Shown here: positions 12,251 through 23,509 of the stretch, piece by piece
Position numbering within the stretch: position 1 is the stretch's first letter
How the letters are laid out: each line of letters begins with the position of its first letter
NCBI GenBank assembly: GCA_910592345.1
Contig: CAJVPI010000235.1
Span: forward strand, 1-40,520
Direction: 5' to 3'
Length of the DNA stretch: 40,520 nt
From: Paraglomus brasilianum
Lineage: Eukaryota
Translations under genes and position numbers: made by a program
The notes under the pieces: generated by a model
The model's input: only the letters and a program-made list of their open reading frames with translations
Databases searched by the model: none
What the model was told of the DNA's origin: nothing

Positions 12251-12790
12251 TGCGTGTTTTTTTTTTTTTTAAAAAAAAAATAAAATTGTGTTTATAAATT
12301 TAAATATTTTTGTACAATTTTACGTCGAGGATTAAAAAAAATTTTTTTTTGATAATATTAGAAAGCTTGATAAACATGATAATAATAATTGTTTTGGAGG
12401 TCAAGTAAATACTTGTAACTTGACCTCAGTCATGTTGAAAGTTGAAAATTTTGAAGAAACCCCTTGGGGTTGATATGCTATATATATATAAAAGATTTCT
12501 CGGCGTAACCCATGTGTGTTTATTATTATTTACATTGTGTCGTTATCAACGGATCAGAATGCTATTGTTTGCTGCATCTTATTTACCTTTCTAATGAATC
12601 TTGCATTAATACTTTGTCAAAGAACACGAAATGTGGCTGGCTGAAAGTTCTTTGTATTGCTGGCGATCAATTGTTATTTGCTCTTTGCTCCGAATGAGTT
12701 CATTATGTAAAAATGAGCAACAAGAAAAAGAACAACAAGAAAAAAAACGTGCATATCACTGATGAAAACGATATGCTGGTGGTAAATTAA

Positions 12791-12918
12791 ATGCATTCCC
12801 ACTCGGAGTTTACTTGGGAGTTTGCATTCATCGTTAGTTGCACGCACAAATGAATGCTAAAGGTGCATCGGAGTTTACCTGGGTGCATTCCGTATTGCAT
12901 TCCGTATTGCATTCCGAG
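12791..12918. repeat. Local direct/tandem repeats (TCGGAGTTTACYTGGG x2; TGCATTCCGTAT x2.5), probable TE-derived
   Basis: tcggagtttacttggg and tcggagtttacctggg, followed by tgcattccgtat tgcattccgtat tgcattccg. Confidence 0.6.
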
Positions 12919-15900
12919 ATTCTGTGTTCGAATTCCCTCATCTAGAAAGAGCGACAGAAACGCATATAATTGTATAATTGCTATTATAAAAATCGAAAGC
13001 GTTTACTATCGGAGAGATCTTGTATTTGCAATGATTGATATTCTTCTCTTATCTTGCATGAAGAATTCTCTTTTCAATGCTCACACGCCAATATTCCTTT
13101 GTGAAACAATTATATATTGTCCCGATAAACAAACAGGAGAGTCCTTCAATGCAATTCATAGTAGCTGAGTGTATTGTTGAGAACTAAACTCCGAAATACA
13201 TTTTTTATTATGCCAAGAGATTATTTCTAGTAACCCGTATTGATGACTTAATAGTTGGTTGAACCAATTCGCAGGTTGCGTTTGCTTGCGTGTTTTACAA
13301 TGTGCCTAATCTGTACTAGTTCTTCGTTTGTATTTGTCTTAGCCATTATACAAGGAATGAGTTCTCTCTATGCACGTTTCCAAGTTTGTAACCAAGGTAA
13401 CCTCTTGTGCTTACTGTATAATTCTGATAAGACTCTTTATACAACGTTTGCACAAATACAGCAAAGGTTTCAATGCCAATGCTCGTTGTTTATGATATTA
13501 TTATTTATGCATGTCGTGTAATCACATAAGAAATTTTTCTAGGGAATCGGATGCCTACTCTTTTGGGTCATTTGACAGATATTTGACATAATAGGGGTTC
13601 TCCATCTAATTCAGCGCCAACACTCTATCCGAAAAAGCTTGTGCATCATGCATCGCATTACCAGAACAGGGTAACAAGACAACAGGGGCACTCTCGCTTC
13701 AATTAATAATGTATTAGCATGTAACGGTTGCACCTAACCCGATTGCTATTCGTTTTATTTTCTATCACCATTTAGTGAATAGTTCCCAAGTAACTCAAGT
13801 CTCTTGCTCTAATGACCATATTATATTGATGTATCTCAATCCTGGCCTTGTTAATATCTTCTTTTTTCTAATATCAGTTTTCTCCATCGGTGATGTATAG
13901 TCCACGACCTGCAATTATCCTAGTCTCTTTATTCTACACGATAACAATACATCGGACATTTGTATTATTAATTTCTGCAACCTCCTTCACTCATGCGTCT
14001 ACAGTAAGACTTAATACAACTCGCGAATATGGCATATTAATCAATGAGGTATTACACTTGTGGAAGCAAGGACTGAATGAAACTCCTCTTTCTACTGCAA
14101 TATCAATACTCAGACGGAGCATGCTGCAACAAACAAGACAAAATGAGCATTTTCGGGTTTCGAAACTGCTGAATTGTCGGCATCATATTTTGTTCTTTAT
14201 CGCCTCCATTCTCGGTTTATTTAGGGGTCATCATTTGAAAAATAGACATAACCAAGCCGTAGCTTATGAGTCTTAACTTTGCCGATTAATCAACAACTTG
14301 AACTACAGATATCAATGAGTCAAAGAATGCACCATTATACGAGTTTTTGCATGAGGTGAAGAAATACTCGGATTCAAAGCCCATTAGTAAGTCAAAAACA
14401 TGTCTGGTTGCTGTGATATAAATCGTTATACCACGTAGCGTAGTGATAATGGTCTCTAATGCAGTACACGTATCAGATATGTAGATAGAATTAATAAATT
14501 TATTTTATAATTTGAAATGTAGTTCTGATTACAGGGATATCTGCTAAGACTAATTTCAATATACATTTATAATCTGCATGGAAAGGCGAAAATAGGACGG
14601 AATTTAATTTATCGCTTAATTCGCGCGCTAGTCTGTTTTCGATGTGATGTCAATGAACCCTAACATTAGACCAGTATTAGAACGCATACTTGGTTATTAG
14701 ACTTATAGGGCAACATTCAGTCGATGGTCCAACAATGGACTTACTAATTAATAGTTGACTTACGAATTTGTTTATTGGTAGAAGAATAATTTACGTTGAG
14801 AATTTGAGTGGGTGTGCTAATTCAAGCCATAAAAGCAGACTGGCTACGTCAATTCAACCAGACATTCTCGTATTAATTATTAAGTAACGATAGTCCAGAA
14901 ATGACAAATAATGCGGAGTAACGGATAGTACTCGAATATCCAAAGTGACGCGACTTATTGATAAGAAAAATGGTGTAAGAACGCTTAAGCAGACATACCA
15001 AACTAATAAATTTGTATATCGCCTTTAATATTCAGCGAGTTGAGGAATAGATTATTGTCTGAAAAAGCAGATAAAAGATAGTTTTTTGTTAAGAAGACAA
15101 AGATTCATAAGCTGTCACGTTCTAAAAAATATTGTCAATCTATAACGTAAAATCTTCGTATGAAACCTGGAAGATAGACATCAGGATCGATTGCAATAAA
15201 TATTGTGCTACAGCAACACAGCATTTACATTTTTACTAATAAGAAACATACCAAGCGCGAACTGATTCAATGTCCGAGAGATTTCCAAATTTGGAGATTA
15301 CTGTTCAAATTTCTTATGACAATCATCACGTGTTAAACTACAGCGAATTCACTTCGTATGATGCTGCTGAATCACAAATGTGCTACCGCAGTTATGATTA
15401 ACGAAATAATAATTTCCCCTTTTACAATATCAATGGTTATCCATCGCGGCACTTTTTATACACTACTGTAAACACGCGATATTATACCATTCGTTGCTAG
15501 GTGATTTCTGACATTTTCAAGTAAGTGCGACCAGTTCCTAACATATTGAGATACACTGACAAAGTGGCATATTGTGATCTCAGTAATAATAGTAAAACTT
15601 ATTTCTCCATCGTCCATTGCTTTCTGTAAACTTTTTTCAACAACCACAATTTCAAAAAGTGAATTCTTTTTTGTATTCAATGGAATAATTATAATTATTT
15701 TTATATACACTTGGTTCTATATGGGCAGACTGAACATTTGACTATGTGAGCTAAAAATGGCAAGTGATTGATGATATTTTAACAAGACTTCGACATAGAG
15801 GACAGCTTTTTTATTGTAGTAAACATCTTCTGTAGCTGCCAACAAAGATCTTATAAAATCGAAATGTTTGGTGACTATTATTGATACTTTTTTACGGACA

Positions 15901-15962
15901 TAGCTTGCATGTACTATCTATTATGAGTTTGTTGCTGCGGTAGACGAAAATGAGGAACAATG

Positions 15963-16000
15963 GATGTACTACATCAAAAATTTTTTTGATGTAGTACATC
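15963..16000. repeat. Perfect 18-bp inverted repeat with self-palindromic arms
   Basis: GATGTACTACATCAAAAA-TT-TTTTTGATGTAGTACATC. Confidence 0.9.
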
Positions 16001-16078
16001 ATGCTTAAAATGTTTATTTTGTTCTATATCAAGTGAATTAACTTCTATTGCGTTGTAGGTGTAGTTGTCCTGCAGGCA

Positions 16079-18703
16079 CTATTCATCGGTGTTTTCCTTA
16101 CGCGGCTTTTTGATCGGTGTTGCTGGAGCCTTTCCAAAACATCCGCCAATTGCATTTTTATCCACAAGATTTTTTCTTTTTCGATATGTTCGAGAATGTG
16201 CAAGGGCAACATTATTTACATGCTCGCATATAGATTTGAGAGTCGCCTAAAATTAAATAATAAAATATATCTAACGAGAAACAGGATACCTTTAAAAGCA
16301 TAACTGTTATAGTTAAAGTACCTTGGTATCTAACATAGTTATTATGAACCTTTCTAAACATGGTAGTGTCGCTGTTGTGTTTGGGAGTATGGTTTGGCGG
16401 AGTCTCCCAAATCGCATTATATTTGTGGCCTTGCAGTCCATGCCGTACATCTCGTGGGTCCACCTTAGTCATACAAAATTAAACAAACTAAATAGTTAGA
16501 CACATGCTTGCAAACTCATCACCGCATTTATCACAATTGTACTTACCCCCATGACTGCATACCAATCACGTAAGTCTTGTGAAGCTCATCATCCGGCGCA
16601 TTCGAATTAGAGCGAAAAAACTGGAAGACGATATCACGAAGGGCCACCGCCAGATCCATGCGATCCATGAAGATCTTTTTTCTATGTGTTTCGGGAAGCC
16701 CGCCACTCCTAAGACCAATCAGAGCTTCGACGCTATTAATGCTATTTTTTAGTGTCCCTCGAAAGTCACATTTTTGCCCTACACGGGCACGGAGAACAAC
16801 AGACCGGCCAACGTTACGCCGTTGAGCTGAAGCCCAACAAGCAATTTCGCCGCTATAATCATAAAGGATTATAATGAATACGATAGAAATGGAACATCGA
16901 CTATGTTTGTACATACACGTCCATCTTGAGTTCCTTTAAGTCAAGGAGTTTCCTTATGAGCATGTTTGTAAACATATTATCGAACGACGCTTCAGAGACT
17001 GGAACATCAACACCACGTAAATTTTCGGCACTGCGGAGAAATGTGGTTATTAGCATGGGCAATGTAAAACAAAATTTAATTGAACAATTCCTATAACACT
17101 GCACATACTATGCCGTGATAGCGCGTCGAATAACAACTATATTTTCTCGGTCTTCAGAACTAAGCACAATATTGTATGTTTTTTCGATTGCCTTTGGAGA
17201 TATCTGCTCGATTGCTGTGACAATATCACTCGCTTGAGCCTTGACAACCTGAAAGTATGGGTCTGACATTAAGTTTGACTGCGATCTACTCTTATTAAGC
17301 AAATTATAATCTCCTACCTTCTCAAGCTCGTCAAAGAAGTATAGTGTGCCATCTGAGATTTCTGACTCTACTAGCTGAACTTCTTGTTCAAAGCTGCTCA
17401 ACATTTCTGTCCAATCCTCAGTTGAAAATAGGCACCTTATTGCAGAATTATCACCCGTGAGGTCCAGGATATTCCAGTATGCTGGACTGCAAACAATTTG
17501 CAATCAATAAATAACCATAAGAAATTATTGCAAGGATGCATGCAAATGATAATGAACAACTTACTCAAAACACTTCTGAGAATTTGGGATGGTCTTCACA
17601 TACTCTGCAAGGACAGAGCTGACATTTGTCCCACTTTGCAAGATCCACAGCCTTTGAGGGCTTGATTTTGGCTCATCTTCAACACGCTCTATGTATCCAT
17701 TATCAATGTGGTCACTGACTTTGTCATAATCATTACTATATTCAATCTCATCAGCATTGAGTTTGCTATTATATTCAGTGCCACTGCTGCCAGTGTTGCC
17801 ACCTTCACGATCATGATCCAGGGAAGAAACACATTTAGTATCTGGTGTGTCTGATTGTTTGCTCAGAGATTTTGACATCTGGTTGACAAGTATGTCTCCT
17901 TGTTGGTCAGTTGCAGCATCAATTACTACCAATGCAGTGAGCTGTGCATTTGCCTGAACATCTGACTGTTGTGATAATAGGTTAGCATGAAACCGACTTT
18001 AGGTAGAAGTATCCATTATACCTGTTTTGCTTTAATTCTTTTGTTCTTTTCATAAGAGTTCCAAAATTCCGTGACGTCAAGCGTGGGTTTCTTCGACAGA
18101 ATAAAAGTGAATTAATAACATTATTAAAAACTTTTTTGGTGTGTTGCTTGGTGCAGTTCGCCGGAGCTCACTATCTTTTTTTTTGCACCAGGACGGCACC
18201 CATACTGAGTTGAGGGACGGTACCTCCCCTCAGCGGTGCAATAAGATGTATGAGCCCACAAAAATTATGCGAGGACGACACCCACACTCCTGTTAGGGAC
18301 GGAACCTCCCAGGAGTTGCATAGATTTTGCTGTCAACGATGCAGAGATTCACGTGTGCTGTACAGTGTATGGGTTTACAAACCTTTGAGATTAGATCTGA
18401 GGCAACTCTACGTCGTTCTTCGTCCACATCGTGCGCTTTGATATCTTTGAGGTAATTTAGGAAACGCTTTCGCCAAGTTGCTCTTAATACAGCGACCGAA
18501 GCGTTTAAATTGAAGTCACACCGCACGGCAGTTAAAAAACCATGATACGCCCATTCGTCGATAGGGGCCGTATCGAAGTACTGAGTAACTGAGGCTAAAC
18601 GCGATAATTCATACGTGTAAGACCGAGTTTATCGCGCGCTTTGAGAGGGACCAAACGTACCATGGTGATGCACCCTTTTATCGTTGATTTTACCCCGAGC
18701 CAT
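16079..18703 (-). CDS. Crinkler-type restriction-endonuclease-fold (PD-(D/E)xK-like) protein of the expanded Mucoromycota/Glomeromycota family, multi-exon
   Basis: Spliced in phase: MARGKINDKRVHHH|ASVTQYFDTAPIDEWAYHGFL...|KPTLDVTEFWNSYE...WILQSGTNVSSVL...PAYWNILDL...SEASF...GEIACWASAQRRN...RARVGQKCDF...EALIGLRSGG...KIFMDRMDLAVALRD...VIGMQSWG|WTHEMYGMD...TPIKKPRKENTDE*. The family call is from motif recognition only. Confidence 0.65.
18164..18329 (-). ncRNA. Putative intronic tandem structured RNA element (two covarying units)
   Basis: Two ~57-nt units (18184-18240, 18266-18322) have different but complementary stems and conserved loop/junction sequences. They sit in a 292-nt intron (18091-18382). 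Strand is taken from the host gene. Confidence 0.55.
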
Positions 18704-19489
18704 AGGCGAGACACAGTTAATATATTAGACACAGTAATATGACGTAGACAATAGAAGCAACCGTTCGCGTTATCTACAATTTTCGATCTGCGAAAGACTA
18801 GTCATCCCTCCTTTAAAACATGCAATTTTATTGGTTAATAAATCCGGTTAACGTTTATATTTAGTATTAGCCTTTCCTACGGGTTAAAATAACCTTTGAT
18901 TGAATTCTCTCATTACCTTTTAGCCAATAATAAGCTGATTTCCAAAACAGATTGGATCGATGACGGTGAGAACACACATAATAAATCACTCGCATTCCAT
19001 TTACCAGATAGCTATTTAATGTGTATAATAAATAGTTTTCACACTCTATTACATGCTTTGTACTCTTAAATAAAGTAAACTGAATATACTATACATACTG
19101 ACATAAGTTACATAATAAATAAAGGTGGTGCGCCAGCATATCGTTTTGATCTTGACCCGCAATCTGCCACGCGTCAGCGAATGACTGTCTCGATGACGGA
19201 CGAGTAATACAATTAGTAACACGAATAATATGAGCAACAACGCTAGTATGTCGTTTGAATTGCATAACAGACAGTAGGCTATGCAAATGGTCTAGCGGCC
19301 TTGCTGAGCATTACTTCTTATTATTTACCTTTGAACATGACATCAAGAGCTTTCTTATCCAAATTTTAGAATTATGACGACTACAAAAGCGAGTCACTTT
19401 TTCCCCTTGACAATTATGTTTGCCTCACCCAACAACAAAACGTCTTATCGCAACTCTAATGGCCCCTTTCTATACGCTATCTTCCATTT

Positions 19490-20600
19490 AATGCGATGTA
19501 AAAAATACAAAGAACATCTGGTCAAGGCCAAGTTAGAGAGAAACTCTGTTTATACCGGAAATGTATATACCGGAATCTCACGGACAGATTCTTGCGCACT
19601 GTTTGTTTCATATGAAAATTCTTTGTTTATACCGAAGTCTCTTATAAACTTTCCATATACGGGATCCGGAAGGACACAGAGAGCTATGCCAACCCGTTCG
19701 GTATAAACAGAGTTGACTGTATTACAACAAAAATACGAATTATCTTGTGACGGGAGGTAAAGCTGATTATTGTAGCATAGACGCTACTGCTCATTACAGT
19801 TATGATTGAGCACAAAATGTTCACGTTCTGTATTCCGATCAGCAGGTAAGTAAGATTTATTATCTCAGTCCGCGCAAAGTACATTTATTTGGTATTCAAA
19901 ATAATGCAGTACGCGAACAAATTAATTACGTTCTCGATGAAGACGAAATTATCGGCAAAGGCACTGAGCATATTTGATGGAATTAAGAGACTGAATAAAG
20001 GTGAAAAATATTTAAAGATTACTTGTGATAATGCAGGAGATCAGAATAAAAATAATGCTACCATTTAATTTTATCTGTATTTAGAATTACAAAAGTATTG
20101 AATTGAATTTTATTTTTGGATTAATTAAAAAACTCTATAGAAAAACAGTGGTAGATTGTGTGAATCATATTGTTGAAGTTGTGAAAAAATTGAGCACTGC
20201 TGGATTAAACAAAGCCCAGTGTTATGACAATGGGAAAGGCTTCCAATACTTAGATCTTACTTCTGTGTTGGGAATTTTCTTCAATATCAATAAATTAAAT
20301 GGTTTGCAAAAATATCAGCATTTTCTTTTTGAAGCAGCTAACCCTGGAGTTGTCAAAGTCCAACTGGTTGCTAATGGCACTTATACAGAATATAATTTAT
20401 TGAAAACCAGAAAAGTAAGTGTTTCTGAAATTACCAAAGAAATCAAATTCTTTTCCATTCTAGTACTAATACTAATCCCACCTCCTTTGGATTACAAAAG
20501 GCAAAAATACCTTTATCATAATATTCGTCCATTTGTTAGACAATTCAAATATATTACTTGTCCACGACAAATTTATACTGGAATGAATAAATTCTCTCCA
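19490..20600 (+). mobile_element. Decayed DDE transposase, Sola-like (DNxxxQNKN type), pseudogenised
   Basis: YKEHLVKAKLER/[MITE]/YYNKNT...HYSYD*AQNVHVLYSDQQVSKIYYLSPRKVHLFGIQ...QINYVLDEDEIIGKG...KITCDNAGDQNKNNATI*F...FGLIKKLYRKT...LQKYQHFLF, with stops and deletions. Confidence 0.75.
19542..19721. mobile_element. pogo/Tc1-mariner-like MITE inserted in the transposase relic
   Basis: 16-bp inverted repeat AACTCTGTTTATACCG (19542-19557) / CGGTATAAACAGAGTT (19699-19714). The right end is GACTG-TA; internal TATACCG(G)A repeats; the outer left end is eroded. Confidence 0.7.
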
Positions 20601-22842
20601 TTACTTCATCACTGTCATTAAGTTCTCCATCTAATTTTTCAATGAATTTCGCTAGCTTTTCCTGCTTTTAATTTTAAAGCTTAAAATAATTATATACTGT
20701 ACTTCATATACCTCATAAAAAAATAAGTATATAAACAGAATAAAAGAAAAGCATGGTAAACATAATAATAATATCAGTGCTCGAACAGAGAAATAAAAAA
20801 TTTTTAGAAGAAAACGAAACAATTAGCAGATAAAAAGAGAACTTTAAATAAAAGCGGCTCACTGCCTTACTGAAAACTTAGAATATACTGGTACTGCTTA
20901 GAAAGGTTGATAATTGTTGAGTAATCGTTCAAGAAAAAGACGGAGTTAAGTACTCCGGAAATATTGTTAAAAGTTTTGCTAAGGAAGCATAAAATTATGA
21001 AAAATTTTTTAGTTTTACTTACTGAGAAAAAAAGAATTAGAAGCAAGGATAGAAGAGTTAGAGGATAAAGTTGGAGCAAGAAAAGGCTGAAAAGGTACTG
21101 AATGCAGCTATGAGGTTGTCAACGCCGGAAGACCACACGAACGCTCTCTCACGTGTGGCGATCCGACAAGGTGAAGAAAGTGCCAAATGTCTGAAGCACA
21201 ATGCTGCAATGGGTAAACTTATAGATCGAATAAGTGATTGAAAAATAGTTTGTTAAATAAAGATCAAGAAATAAGCAGAAGAGATTATTTAGCAACCAAA
21301 GAATCACCAGTTTTACCTAAAAAATTAGCAAGTAAAGCCAAAGAAAGCTAAGGAGAAATCCGAAATTTTATTATTCAAAAGAATAAGTAAATCATATGAG
21401 ATTAGAATATAGAATTCTGGGATAGTAAGCATCGAAAGGAACATTTACTAACACAGTGATTGATAAACCAATACCCACAGGAGTCATGCAATGAATTTCT
21501 TTGCATTAATGTCCATAGTAATAGTTGGCATTAGAGCAATGCATAGTATCAATGGATCCATCACTGGTGTTCAAGAAAAATGGCACCAGGAATCATCATC
21601 CATGGTCTAGCAACTAATATAATAATAAAGCTTGGACAACAACATCTTGCGTTATAAACTTGATTAATTAAAACCCCCCCTCTTTGGTGGGTAGAAAAAA
21701 AAATTAATTATTCTTTTAAAACATTATTGGTTAGATACAGAGCGCCTGCGCTAGTGATACCACAAAAATTATTGGGGAACTAGAAAAACTAATATGGCAA
21801 ATTGGGGTACAATGGAATTTCTCTAAATCAAATGCGTTCCAGCAATTTTCAGCGAAATGCGTACTGGAAAGACCCCGAGTCGGGTTCCGTCACTTGTCTC
21901 AAACCAATTAAACAATTTTCGGTTCAATAAATAATTATTGGCTCTCGTTCCTCAATTATAATTAAGAGTAATAGATCAACGGATAATTTATACAGCTTAA
22001 TTGAGCTGTTTTTGCAACTTGAGTGAGCCGTTTATTAATATCTGGTCAAATAAATAATATTTCAACAATGAAAGAAAGTAAAGTTTCGATTTCAAAGGGA
22101 ATCGTTTATTTGATTATTATTCCATGGAGTGGGAATTATTGTTCTAATACTAATAACCCGAACAATAATTTACAACATGAACAATATTTACCACATATAC
22201 AACATTAACAACATGAGAATATAAGGGCCGCTTATATAACTAGCGATTACCAAAAATTGAAACAAAAGGTATCAGCACAGAAAATTTCCAAGAACCAATA
22301 GATTCTAAGTTACTAGTGGCGCTACTGACGCTCAAAATATGTAACATACTAATACTAATACCTGCATTTGCATATGTATTCGTTGGTAGATGATAAACGA
22401 GATCTGCTATCCTCCTTTTGACCTCTTCAATTTCAATTTATGACGAAGTCTATCGAACAGGTAACCAGGTAGTATGTAGCACAAACTTCCGCTTATATAA
22501 TTTAGATCACATCTGTACATTATTATTATGTGAAGTAAAGTGATAATATTTGGGTAAAAACCGTTACCAATTCTCTTATCCGAATTTTACAGTATTAGTA
22601 TATACAGGGACTCGCAGTCGCAGAAAATAGATCTACTAAGTCCCATGCTCGGGACCGCTCAAAAGAGGTTCGACTGTATTATTATGTGACATCATGATAA
22701 GAACGTGTGCTATGAACGCCCAATCATAGTTAATCAAGTTTGGTTTGAGAATACATGACGTGATTGATTAACAAAGTTAACATCGAAATACCACCAATAA
22801 TTACTCGAGTTGTGTGATCCGCTAGCGACCGCTTCTCACATA

Positions 22843-23498
22843 ATGGCAACGGTAGAGTCCCCGCAAGTAACTTTCAGACAGACTTTAAACTATGTTAGCA
22901 TTATTTACCACATACCAAATATCGAAAAGGATGATATTCACGTAGAGTTTCAAGCTGAATCAGTTGAGTAAAATGTGTAAGTAATAATCATGCTTTGCTC
23001 TCTTTGTTATTAACAAAAATCTGCTTTATCATCGTCACCCCTCATTTATCAGACGACTATCACACTTTCCAGTACGTCAACTTCGTATACAATACATCAT
23101 AATAAGATCGATGTATCTGCAAATTCATACTCGGTCTCACCATCAAACGTGGTCGTTGTACTCAAGAAATCAGACAAAATAGAATGGCAATCTCTTAAAT
23201 TCATACATAATGATATAGAAGAAGAGAAATACTTTCTGACTGTAGATAATATACAAAAATGTAAACAGAAGACTGAGAATGAATCAACCTGGGTAATAAT
23301 ATCATTAATGACAGTACTACTGCAATGTTGAGTCCGTAATATGACTCACATATAGTATGATCACTATTCTATCTCCAGACACAACATGGTACTCTCCCTC
23401 AGATTACCTCTATGCAAGCCTTCAAAAACCAGGATGGGATTATCATACAAATGACGACCAAACCAACGCCAGAGAAACCTCCAATGCACACCCAATAA
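22843..23498 (+). CDS. Small CS (p23/HSP20-like) domain protein resembling the kintoun/DNAAF2 C-terminal CS domain (3 exons)
   Basis: MATVESPQVTFRQTLNYVSIIYHIPNIEKDDIHVEFQAES|TTITL...NKIDVSANSYSVSPSNVVVVLKKSDKIEWQSLKF...EEKYFLTVDNIQK...W|TQHGTLPQITSMQAF...*. Both introns are phase 0; the first donor (GTTGAG) is atypical. Confidence 0.6.
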
Positions 23499-23509
23499 GT
23501 AGAGACCGT

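Noticed and set aside
12950..15900. Short ORFs in a long gene-free stretch
   Set aside because: No coherent spliced model or known motif; probably decayed repeats or pseudogenes.
18184..18322. Known classes for the intronic element: guanidine-II riboswitch (ACGR loops), HDV-like/hammerhead ribozyme, TPP riboswitch, SECIS, U1 snRNA (AUAAUUUUUG Sm-like site), CRISPR repeat
   Set aside because: ACGR is antisense to the host gene and sits in hexaloops. There is no nested pseudoknot, CUGANGA/GAAA core, TPP core, UGA/GA quartet or U1 5' end. Only two units are present and there are no cas genes.
20700..22600. Lys/Glu-rich and hydrophobic fragments downstream of the transposase relic
   Set aside because: Multiple stops and no identifiable family.
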